Source: an uncultured bacterium (GTDB lineage Bacteria; Oederibacteriota; JAAXVQ01; JAUVAV01). From it: a DNA stretch of 64,000 nt. The position numbers were made by a program, and so were the translations under genes. Location of the stretch: NCBI GenBank assembly GCA_965371665.1, contig CBDUZI010000001.1, positions 9,411 to 73,410 of the forward strand. Reading direction: 5' to 3'. The notes under the pieces are model-generated. The model ran no database searches, was not told the DNA's origin, and saw only the letters and a program-made list of their open reading frames with translations. How positions within the stretch are numbered: the stretch's first letter is position 1; each line of letters opens with the position of its first letter. This document shows, in pieces, positions 37,601 to 49,600 of this stretch.

Positions 37601-40600
37601 ATCTCTCCCACCAGTTTTTCCAGCACCAGCAACAGCAGGAACAAGGCGATGACGGGCACGATCAGCGACAAGTTGAAAATTATTGATAGGATGATCATTA
37701 CCACGGCAGCCATGGCGACGACTTTCCAGCGGCTGCGGAGAAGTTGCTTTAATCCGAAGTAATTGAAATATTTGAATAAGACTGCGAGAAGAATAATTGT
37801 CGGCACTGTATAGACTATACTCATGGGATCGGCAGATAAAACCGTTATCACATTCTGGTAGGTGGAGATAAAAGCGGTAATTATCCAGTCGATAATATTT
37901 AGAATAATTTCAACTATTGGAGCAGGAACATATGGGACCACAATATTTCTCCAGACCCATATGCTAATTGGGACCGGCAGCATGAGTACGATCGCCCGGA
38001 TGATGGCCACGAAGAGGTCCTTGGTTAGCAAGACCGGGATTTTAAGCCGTTCCGGCATCTTTTGGACAACTCGCTGGTTAAATACCCAGGATATTCCAGC
38101 TCCCACCAGAGTGGTTTCCAGCATCCGAAGCAAGGCTTCACTAAATGGAATAGCGGTAATGATGCCCAGGCCAGGGACCATGAACAAAACCGCAACCTGG
38201 TACATCAAGGTCGGAATCACGCCATAGGCCATCTGGGACAGGGATTTCAAGCTACTGTGGCGGAAAACCCGTTCGATTAAGACTTCCAGGATATAGGCGC
38301 TCAAGGGGGCCAGGATGATAATCAAATTAACGGTGAGGATGGTTTGCCAGACATTATACTCCACGCCGACTTTGGCTAGATTGGTGATATTTTGACCCAA
38401 AAAATCAGAAATACCCGTGAAGAAGGCGAATACCAAAACATTCGCAAAAAACATTCCACTTATAGGCATCTTGAACCGGATAAAGTAATCTGCACCGTAC
38501 TTCCCGGATACTACAATGGCGGCCTTGACGGGTATCAAGATTTGTTGCTTAACACATTGCCACAGAGGCTGGTAATACCTTTCCCAAAGCTCAATCAGCC
38601 GATCTTTGAGCTTTATCAAAATATCCTTCACCCGACGCAATATATCCAAAATCTTCTTCTTCACCCACTTAAGCCCGTCGCTAATTTTCGTAATTGCCGT
38701 TTTCACAAAGCGGATCATTCGCTGGACGAACTCGATTCGCAGGATCAGAAACAGGAGATTTTTGACGAACCTGATGGCAGCTTTGACGCGATTAACGATT
38801 TTGATGACGATATTATCTTTAATCCAGATAAGAAAATTCACAATAATGGGACGGATGATCCGGACAAAGGGACTGACGATCTCCTCGTAAATCCTTTTCG
38901 GCAGGGTAATTGGCAGGACGAGGGCCAGCTGTTTGACCACGTGTCCGATCTCGTGAACGGTTATACGTACAAAGCCATGGGGATCTAATCCGATATCGGC
39001 CAGGATCCGGCCGATGGGGTTGACCTTCCAGACCCACTGTGCCCATCTCTGGTACCAGGGCAGCTCTCTTTGCAAGGTCTCCGCAACTTGCAGCATCATG
39101 TTGCGCATGACCCGGCTCGGCGTGCCCTGTCTGGATTGGAGGGCGCGGTTGAGCAAGGCCGTCTCGGTCAGGGCGCGTTTGCCTGCCTCGGTCTCGAAAA
39201 AGGCATAATAGTTTTCGAATTCCTGGGCAATTTTTAAGATATTGGGCGGAATGAGGTCTTTAAGTTCGTTTCTGGAGGGTTCACTGACTGCCATTTCCAC
39301 CGGTACTTCAACCGCCTGCTTTAATCCCAGGTACCGACCAAGCACACCTAAGACTATCAAGAGTCCCAGGCCCATGATGCTTCCAGCGAGGATGGCTGCT
39401 CCACCCATGAGCATGGTAACCATCCCGCCAGCCAGCAGAGCCAAGCCAGTAATACCCGCAATAATCATCCGCGTACTTACACGAATGGGGGTATCCACCT
39501 GGCCCTCCCCAGGCGCCATGGTTTCCGGTGGAGAGGTTTCCCTGGGCGGAACCTTATCCTGCGCGAATGGATACAGGGCCTCCAGGAAATCCCCCATCAT
39601 GGCCTCACGTGCCTGGTCAGAGGTAATGGCGTCGATAAACTTCAGCAGATCCGTAGTATATTTATTAGCCTGCATGGCTTCGGAATCCGATTCCACCACG
39701 TCCGTGCCCAAAAAGGTGATTCTTCCACCGAGCTCCTGATTAATCTTGATGGCTATTTTTTTGATTTCCAATTTTCCCCGCGACGTTTGGGCCAATTCCC
39801 GGATTTCATCGGCGATTTTGACCAAATCAATCGTGGTGCCTTTTTCGAGATAGAAACGCCGCTTGAAAAGCTGGAATAGTTGTTCCGCCGTGATCTCGAC
39901 CGCTTTGCCCGCGAAAAACGTCCGGTTTAAATGCCAGGCAAACAACTTCATGCCGTTCATGCGCATTTTAGCGACATCTTCCCTCATGATGGCTTCATAA
40001 CCGCCCAGAAAGAAGAAGCGTAGGCCTTCGGCCAAATGCACACGGTAAATATCCGGGATCGAGCGCAAAGCCATGGGCGGAGCTCCTGCGAAATTGGCCA
40101 GCGGTCCCGGCCGTCCGGTTCCGAAAGTATGGGACATTATGTGGATGGGACCCTGCCCCTCGATGACTCCCTGGTATTTGGCCAGATCCTCCTCCTCGAC
40201 CCAGCCGGTATGAAGTATCGAGCCGTACAACAGTCCCATGATGTATTTGGCATAGGCTTCACCCGCATATTTATCCCCGGCAAACATAGGACTCGGGTGA
40301 TCACCACCGGTAAAATGAATTTTCGGAATCACGCCAGGCAAGGCTTCTTCCACCGCCCGCTTCAGTTCTGCTTCCAGTTCATTCAAGCGCTCCTCTGCAG
40401 TCAGCCGGGCTTCCACCTCAGGACGTAGCTGAGCACGAAGTTCTCCCCGTTTTCTTTCGATTATGCGCACCATGGCGGGGTAATAAATGTCGGTAAATTT
40501 GTAGCTTCCCAGCTTGCCAAAGGTGAAAAATATCCATTTCTCTATTGGCACCCGCGTAAAGTCCACCGGTGGAGTGACCTCGGCCATGTCCAGCAGGTGG

Positions 40601-43600
40601 TGAGTAACCGCGCCGGTCCGGCCTTGGAAATTAAACCAGGGATTATAATCGGCGATTGCCCGGGCGTATTCCGGCTGAAGGAAAATGAGTTTGTTCAGGT
40701 AAAGGTAAATCAACTGGGAGAGTCCCCAGGTGCCTAATTCCTCTTTGGTCCCGGCCTTCACCTGGGTGGCCTGCAAATCCACTCTTTCAATCACGTGGTG
40801 ATAAGGCGCGCCGATATGGGGGGTTCCGATCACCAAGGAATTGAACAGGCGGGAAACATGTCCCACCACGGCGCCCATCGGACTCTTATCGCCTTGACTG
40901 GTGAAGAGCATGTTAATCATTTCCGCATCCGAACCGGGTTTCCAACTCTCGGTCAGGTTCCGGGCAAAATTGTAAAGCCCTCCCATCTCATCCCAGGTCT
41001 GGATTAAGCTGACATTATCATGTTCCAAGGCGGCTGAAGTGACTACGCCGAATTCATTTCGGCATTCAGGACATAGACTATGCAGGCGAATCACTCCAGG
41101 ATAACGCCAATGTCCGTAGTTCACCAGCAAGCGCAGCTCCACATCCGGCCCCGCCGCATTGGCCAGTGGGATAATGGTATTTTGCATGTATTCGGACACG
41201 CCTCCGCTCTTTCCCAGTCTGCCCATTTCCCCACCAACATCTATCAACTGCCCGTCCGGATTATCTTCGAGTCTCATCCCAGGAATAACCTTTGCCTCAT
41301 CATCCACAAAACTGGAAAGGGTAGCCACAACCCCGGTACCCAGTTTGGAGGCTAATCCGGATTTCACTTCAGCCTCGGATGTCATAAGGCCTTTAACCGT
41401 ACCGACCATATCCGACAATTCAAACCCATTCGCATCGATTCGCCCCAGTTCGGCTACCGAGTTACAAACTGTTTGCAAATAAGTTAGACACTTTAAGGCA
41501 TAAGTCCGATTAGTGTGATCGGTTAAATTACTGATGTATCCTTGGCTGGCCAATTCATAATATAATCCTTGCACGCGCTGGTCGGTAAAAGCGATGGGCA
41601 CGCCGGCTTCAACATGCGCTTTGAGGGCTTGATAAATCACTTCAATATCATCTCCCAGTTGCTGCATCTGAGAACGCATATTCTTAGCCACATAAGTATC
41701 CCTAACCCTTAACCGCTCAGCAACCAAGGTAATGTCATGTTGAGCTTCGGGTATTCTCTCTGAAACGCGCAACAAATAAATCAAGTCCTCCATGCTTTCC
41801 GGGTCAGAGAGATTTAGGTTCTGCAGAAGCTCCCACACGGCCTGAAGTTTCTGAATTTTCTCAGGGGTAAAGGTCTGCCCGTCCCGAACTTTTTTAAAGA
41901 TTTCATGCAATTTGGCGATTTCCGACGGCTGCATCCATTTTTCCAGCAAAATGTCATCGCGGCCACGGGATTTAATCTGATCAACCAGAGCCCTTAAGCC
42001 TTCGTCTTCCTCACGGTAACCCGGCCCCATGGCATCCAAAGGAAGCCTGCTGGCCTGTCTTCTCTCCCGGCTGATGTCCTGGCGCACCTCCTCGGCCACC
42101 AGATCCGCGCGTATGTCACCCTTCCACTGCTGGATTTCATATAGAATTTTTAACAATTCGATCTGGCTCGGATCCTGCCGCAAGGTTTGCAGGGCAGCCA
42201 GTTTTTGCCCTATCCGATCGGGAAGAATCCTGCCCTGGACGATCAAATTGTCGGATAAGCCGGCCGCCTCGGAAGCCAAACCGTACTCTGGCATATGGAT
42301 TAAAATCTGATCAATGCTTCTTACTGCGCGGGGCAGGTCATTACGCTGATATATCCCAATGCCCGGACCCATAGTGGTGCTGACAGTCAGGACAATTTTT
42401 TCTCCGGGTTTCTTTCCCAAGCGCCTCCGGACTTGGGTAATGGCCTCTCTGAGTTCTTCTTCCGTGATCTCTTGGTTTAAGATGGCCTGGTCCTGGATCA
42501 TCGTGTCTATATCATGCCACATCACATTAAGCTCGTGCGCCATCTGCCCCATAGTACCGTAGAAGCGGTGCCGGCCCTGGCGATGGATTTGTTCGTCCTC
42601 TGCCCGGAATTCGTGCTGGTCGCCAATTTTGGCTCTCTGCCCTAAATAATCGAGATCACCTTGATCGCGGGCCAGGACAGTTTCCTGATAAGCGACGGTA
42701 GCAAGGATAAGGGCCAAACCGACAGCGGCAACTAACATTAAAGTTGGCGCAATAATGCTGAAGACGACTATAGCCGGCAACATAACCAGCGCGCAGGCAA
42801 CGGTAGTTCCGCTCTTACCCGGTATGCGAGCCGTTAAATAAAACCCGACTAGAGCAATAAAAAAAACCGCAAGAACGACCATCAAAGCCGGGGTAGCAGT
42901 CATGGCTGCCAGGGCAATGCCGGCCAAACCCATCACACCCAAGGCAACGCCGAATACGAAAAATGTTTTTCCCAGGAAGCCTAAATTCCCGAAGCTTCTG
43001 GCAGCCTGATAATGCTCGACGGCTACACTGCTCCTGCGGCTTTTTTCAATCATGTTTTCATACTTACGCAGGTTGTAATTAAACTCAGAGTAAAAATACT
43101 GCTCCCGCAGCATTTCGATGGTACGGCTCGCCTCTTCAGCGCACAGACGGGCCTGTTCTACCGCCTCGGGAGGCTGCCGACCGGCCGCAATCGCGACTTC
43201 AGCTTGTTCCATGGCCTGTTGCGCCTCCGCTTCCTGCTGTTTCGCAATCACTATTTGTTCCTGTAAAAAATCATTATAACTTTGGGCATCGTAACCCAAA
43301 ACCGGTTGATCATTGGCGTTGGTGATCAGATGTTCCATAAAATCAGCCTGAGTCAAAATGTTGGTTTTATTTCTTTGAGTAGGCTGTAAATCAAAAAGAA
43401 TCGTCCGTATCTTAGTGAAAAAACCATAGTCCGGACTGGATTTAAGCTCTGCCTGGTAATAATCCGTTATGTGTACATTGCCCTCGGCATCGATCATGAC
43501 TCCTGAAAAATCTTCGGTCCCATGATAATTCAAGCCGTGGATATCGAAGACATTTATTGCGGTCTGGAACTTTTTGGCCAGGCCTATTATCCGGTTAAAA

Positions 43601-46600
43601 TATGCTTTTTTCAGCCGGTCATGCTCAACATAGACCTCTCCCAGCCGATCATAGGCTGTCCGAATCTGTTGGCCTAATTCAAACAGATGCTGCTCCAGGG
43701 ATATCGATGGATTCAAGGATGCTGCCTGCATGGTTGTTACTAATGCCCGTGCCTCAAGGTCGACTACGTCCCGGGCCTGGGTTATAAGGCCGGGTAATTC
43801 CCGCCGGCGCTGCAGATTATCCTTTGTTTGTACGTTTTCTTGCCGTAAAGCTTCCAGTTCTTGAATCAGCCGATCCTGCTTGTGTCGTGCATGTTGCAAC
43901 TGCTGATACTGATGGTTAAGGGAATCTTTACACTCAAGCAGTCCGTCTTTTTGCGCCTCCAGTTCTGCAATCTTTTGTTTTACCGTCTGAAGTTCTCCGA
44001 GGTCTGGAGCTAAATAATCTTCTGCGCTCATACCAAAGGGTTCTTTCATGATCAGGAATCCAACATCTGATACCTTAACGTCTTGGGAACTTCGCGCAGG
44101 GAAGATGCGGCCGGTGGGAATACGCGCCTTGGCGCTCCCGGCGTAATATTTCAACTGAGCCAGGCCGGGCGTGCGGGAGCGTGTGAAATAGCGCTGCAGT
44201 TTTCTGGCAAGTCTGGAACTCAGCGGGCGGGCGCTGACGACGATGCGGTCGATGCTGCCGGTATGTGCATCCACGCCCAGAGCATAATTTTCATGGATTT
44301 CCGTAATGTAATAAGTCCGGGTTTTTCCGTCGTCGCCGGTCATCACGAAGGGAGTGTCATGCGCCAGGCAGGCGTTTAAAAGCTCCCTTCCGCTGGAGAC
44401 TTCAGGAAATCCGCTTTCAGGCGAGGCCTTGACCTGGACGACTTGCTCAATGACAGGAGCCAGTTTTCGTTGAAGGATTTGTAAAGAAGTTATGGTTTCC
44501 AACTCGAGATTTGCTAAGTGCTGTTGATATACGGGATTTTCGGCCATGCTGGCCAGCAAACGTTCCAGCACGGCGCCTTCGTAACCAGCCGATCGCACCC
44601 AGCTGAGTTCTGCGAATTGAATATCCAACAAGATTTTACTCAAAACGGATAAACGCGTCTCGGTGCTTAACATTTTGCAAATCATGTCGAGTTTATATTG
44701 CTGTTCGCTATCCCTGGGGCTGGGACTGGATAAAAGCTCAGCGAGCTTTGCTTGCCGGTTTTCGGTATTATCCTCTTTAATGCCTTTAATATATTCAACC
44801 ATCTCTTGGTACGCCTGCTGCCTGGCTTGAGTTTGGCTGTCCTTGGCTCCTGTCATTTGGCGGGTTTTCTCCTTAATGGCCTTGCGCTCGCCATTTTTGA
44901 AAATATAGAAAAGCAGCGAACCTGCTTTGATTAAAACCAGGATTCCGGCCAGGGCAATGACTACACCGGCTATGATGGCTAAAGGCAGGGAAAAGACTTG
45001 CAACAGCATTACCAGGGAAACGGCCAGGCCGGCCGTGGTCCCGATCAGGATCGATTTCATCGGCAGCGAGAGCTTGGTCAGAGGATAAAAAGAATTGAAT
45101 TCAAAGGTGGCATTCTTCCAGATGCCAGGATGTTTTTGATTTGCATAGGTGAGAAACGCGTCATTATCAATAATCCCGGCTTTATCGAAACCGGATAAGC
45201 CGTGGATTAAAAATTCACTTAAACTCTGCAGCTTGAGAGGGTGGTTACTAATATGAATTCTTCCCACCAGAGTACGGGTATCCTCCACTGCCTGATCATA
45301 AAACCGGTTAATTCGTGCCGATAACTCAGCCTGGACCTCGGCAGGAGTTTTTCCCTCAGCCTTCCAGGTTTCAATTTCGGCAAAATAGAGTTCGCTCACA
45401 TGATAGGGGTTGAAACCGAGCATAAGCGGACAAGTTTGGCCTCGATTTTCTTTTTGCCATTCGGTTCTTAAGCTTTTCACCTTATCGATTACGGCTGTCA
45501 GCCGTTGTTCCCCCCGGCTAGCAAGAATATGGCCGGTGGCATCATCGCGCAAATTGTACTTCCAGGCTTCTTCCTTCGCTATCACCATTTCAATAACCAG
45601 GTTGATATGATTTCGTGCTGCCAAAGTCACTAAATTCATTTCCGCCGACCTGCGATCGAGAAGATTATGTTTTGCCATATATAAGCCGATGTATTTTTCC
45701 CACTCATAGGGATGAAAAACAACATCCACCGGTTCAGGATGTCTCTCCTCCAGGATCGGCGCTATATCAGCCGTTTTATCTCCAAAGGCCACATGATAGG
45801 CGGCTACCTTCAGTCTTAAGCATTTAGCCGCTTTAATCTGTTCGCGGGTGGTATAAAGTTCATACTTTTTGCTGCCCATAAATAATGTTATATAAACCGA
45901 ATAAGCAATCATGGTGAGCAGGATTATGAGATTGGACAGCCAGCGTATTTTCATGATTTTCGAAATCCCAGGTATAAATTCGGGCAAATTTATTATCGTC
46001 GAAGCTATGGCGGCATTTCGAACAAATTTCTCGGGTGTGTACATCCGGTCTTCAGGCTTTTTCTCGACCGAGATTTCGGCCTCGACACTGCGCGTTTCGC
46101 GAATTTCCGCGCCTGCCTCGGGATATTTTAATTCATCGAAAAATGCCAGCACCTCTTGGGAAAATCCCTCTACGTTCTGGGGACGGTATAATCTGGCTTT
46201 TATTTCTGGGCTGTCCAGGGATATATAGCCGAGTTTTTCAGCAGGATAATCCGCAGCCTGAATCTCAGTCCGAATTTCCAGGGCCTCGACATCTTCGCCC
46301 AAACGAATCTCGAAATTGTGACCAGCGGCTTGCAATTGATCCTGGAGGGCATAAATATAATGCATCTCTTCGCGAGGCGCCATTTCTTCGGAAAGCATAA
46401 TCGCTACCACGGGTACAACGGCTATACGTTTACGCCCGGCTTCGGCTATTATTTCCTTAATTTCCCGAACCAGGGTCGCGATCTGCTCTTCCCGATTGGC
46501 TTCCGTCTGGGATGAAGGCAGCAATATCTCTGCCTCGGGATTAAAGGCGCCGGTCGCTTTCGTGAGCCTTACCCCCCCCATACCGAAGCCTTGAGAAGAT

Positions 46601-49600
46601 AGGCGCACGGCCGGCAGGATGACTTCATCGCCGCTTAAAGCGGCAAGGTCTTGGGGAGAAATCAAACCTGCGCTGGCGCCTAATTTTTGGGGATCCAAAT
46701 GAGAAGCCAGAACTATACCAGCAGCATAGCCTTTATCGGCAAGCCATTGATTTGCTTTGGCGATAATGAGTTCACCGTTGGGTTGACTTAAAGCTTCACT
46801 ATTAATCATAAATCTTTTGGTCCCGGACCATTGGCTGATATCCGACCGGGTTTCTTTGTCTCCTTGCAAGGCAAAATAGATTTTTATTCCATAAAGCAGG
46901 ATCGGTGGCACCAGTATAGCCAGTAAGGGATTTATCACTGAAATGCTCAGGATACCTAAGCCGCTTAAAGTTTCGGCCAGGTTAGCAACCGCATCTAAAC
47001 CTAAAAAGCGAGTGTACACCCAGAAGCCCAGCCCCATTCCGGCAATGATTAATCCGCCCCCCGCGGCTTTGCCTGCCATTCCAATTTTACCCTCTAATTT
47101 AAAAAGGCGGAGTATTTCGGCGAGTTTTTTCGCTCGCACGCCAAACAATTCAATAAATAGAATGGCGCCGAGCCACCACAACAAGTGCACCAGTTCAAAT
47201 CCCATGATCGTCTCTATCAAGCCAGACCAAAATACGACGTAGGCTGCAAAGGCACTACTGCCTAAAAAGCTTGCTATTCCCAGAAATTTATTCCTGGTTA
47301 TTCCATATACAATAAAATAACCCATAACCAATGCAGTCAATGCAACAGCACTTCCCAACATGATTTGAGTTCCAAAGAAAAGCAATCCCAACCCAAGGGC
47401 AATGGCTCCCAGGGATGCTAGAACCTTGTTCTCCAGGGCGCTCCGGATTTTCGAGGATTTAAAGGCAGGCGTATCCTTGCCTTGCAAGAGGGAAATGACG
47501 GTCTGTCCCAGATTTTTACCTAGAGCGTCGATTTGTTCCGAACGCAATGGGGTTGAGCTCTTCTGGATAATTAGTTCCAAAAGTTTATTTAAAGGCGTAT
47601 TTTTTCGGCCTGGATTTATGCCTTTGGCCGTGCCTAACGTCAAAGTGCTGCCTTCGGAAAATTCGGCGGGTTGATAGGGATTCGGACATAGATTCAAATT
47701 CCCTTGCCCAGCCTGACCTGTCAAAACAAAATGTTTCTCGACTAACTGCTTTATGGCTCCGTAGTCAGAATGACGCAAGACGGTTTCCAGAAGGCCATTT
47801 TTAAGTTTACTTATAACTTCATCTGGTTCCTGTCTCGGCCAAAGATAAGCCGCAGCACCTATGGCGAAAAGCAGAGCCCGGGGGGACTTCGCTGCAGCCA
47901 GCGAAACTCGCAAAGCTTGAAGTCTTTTCTCTTGGTCTGCGTCTAAAGTTTGGGCACCAGCCAGATCAATAATCTCCTGGTCCAGCCTATGTATCTCTTC
48001 ACGCTCTTTTTCCTCTGCCTGGGAACCCAATGTTTCTGCCAAAGTCTGAAGCATATGTTGGTTTTTTGCTTGAATACTCTGAGTATCGCGTTGTACCGGT
48101 TTAGCTTTTTCAGTTTTTTTAGCCGTCATGAGTACGTTTAAATTCGCTTCGAATATTTCCGGCTTGCTTCTGTCCAGTTTTAAGGCCACGTTTAAAAGGT
48201 TTTCCGCTTCCTCGCCCTTGAATCCAGCAGCTTGGATTTTCTGACGCAACTGCTCTTCAAACTTATCAATCTTTACCTCTTTTGGCTTTTCATCTTCATA
48301 CAGCTCTTCCTGCTTCTTCAATTCTTTTTCGGCCCAGGCCTTGGCCTTTTCCTCGCTGAGAACCGGGCCGATCAGGGTTTTATATTCCTCGCGAAGATCC
48401 GGATAATCCTTGCTAAGAATCATGCCGGCAAAAATTTCCAGGAAGCTGAACCATTTCCAGCGATTCGGCTTATCGAAGAGTGTGCCCGGGTATTGGGTGA
48501 CATCATGACCCGTGACATGGAAGAGTCTTTGCTTAATCGCGGCCAATAAAAATTCTCCCGGCTCCCGTCCGCCCACTCTGGTCTCGGCCTCGGATTCAAT
48601 CCAGGGAATATCCTTGCCCATGACCTTATGACCCGACATCAGAGCCAGGGTAATGAGTTCGGTTTCGAATTCCATCTTGACGCTGCTGGCAAGTTCAAGC
48701 GCTTTCTTGACAACCTCCGGCCGAAAAGCCTTAAATCCGGCCTGCGTATCCGGCACTCCTCCCAGCGGGACAATCGCCCGGACCATGAGATTAAATCCCA
48801 GGCTCAGGATATGCCGCGCAAGCGGCTTGGCAAAAACCACGGATTCCGGGCCTACGCGCGACCCGTAAACCAGTCCGACATCCGCATTCTCAGGATTGGT
48901 CAGCGGTTCTGTGAGCTTGCCAAAAAGCCCGGCATTGGTGGAAACATCGGCATCTATATAGCCGGCTATATCCACCTCGTCTTCTTCCACCATTATTTTA
49001 TAGGCCTCGTACAAGGCTCCGCCTTTTTTTTCCTGCCTGGCGAATTTCAAGCCTTTGCGGTCGAAATAATACTCGACCCTGATCTGGTCTGCCCGGTGTT
49101 CAAAATCGCTTTCGATCACATTCTGCGCCAGCCGGGCTGAAGCGTCATCGTCTGTGGTAAAAAGAATCCTGGGGCCTAAATGTCCGGCCTTTTTATCAGG
49201 ATCACTTGAATAAGCTACTCCCTCTTCTACAATAGTAATCGTCATCACATCCAGCTTTTCCACACCCTCTTTTTCAGCCTTATCCAGCTTTTCTTTAGCC
49301 TCTTCGGCGTCTTTCTTGGCATCTTCCACCTTTTTTTCAAGGTTTGGGTCCTGCTTAGGAACTAACAGGTTAAGCTTTTTTAATATAGCCGGCAGACTGA
49401 ATATCAACCCGCCCAAGCCGGCCAGCCCGATACCTGTCCAGGAACCCAATATCAAGGCCGCTGGAAAGAAAAAAGTCATGACCACTCCGGCGATGATTAG
49501 AAGAATGCCGATAATCCCGGCAGCAAGCACAGTGTTTTCATCCCAGGCATTCAAGGCTTTACGCTTTTTGCTCAAGTCTTCGTGGTTTTTACGCGCCTCT

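Noticed and set aside
13824-49031. Homopolymer tracts (A9 sense at 13824-13832, A8 at 14223-14230, 42858-42866 and 49024-49031) as phase-variation switches
   Set aside because: All encode Lys-Lys(-Lys) in Lys-rich contexts of an AT-rich genome. There is no evidence of length heterogeneity in a single consensus sequence. This is a possible sequencing-error hazard rather than a demonstrable switch.
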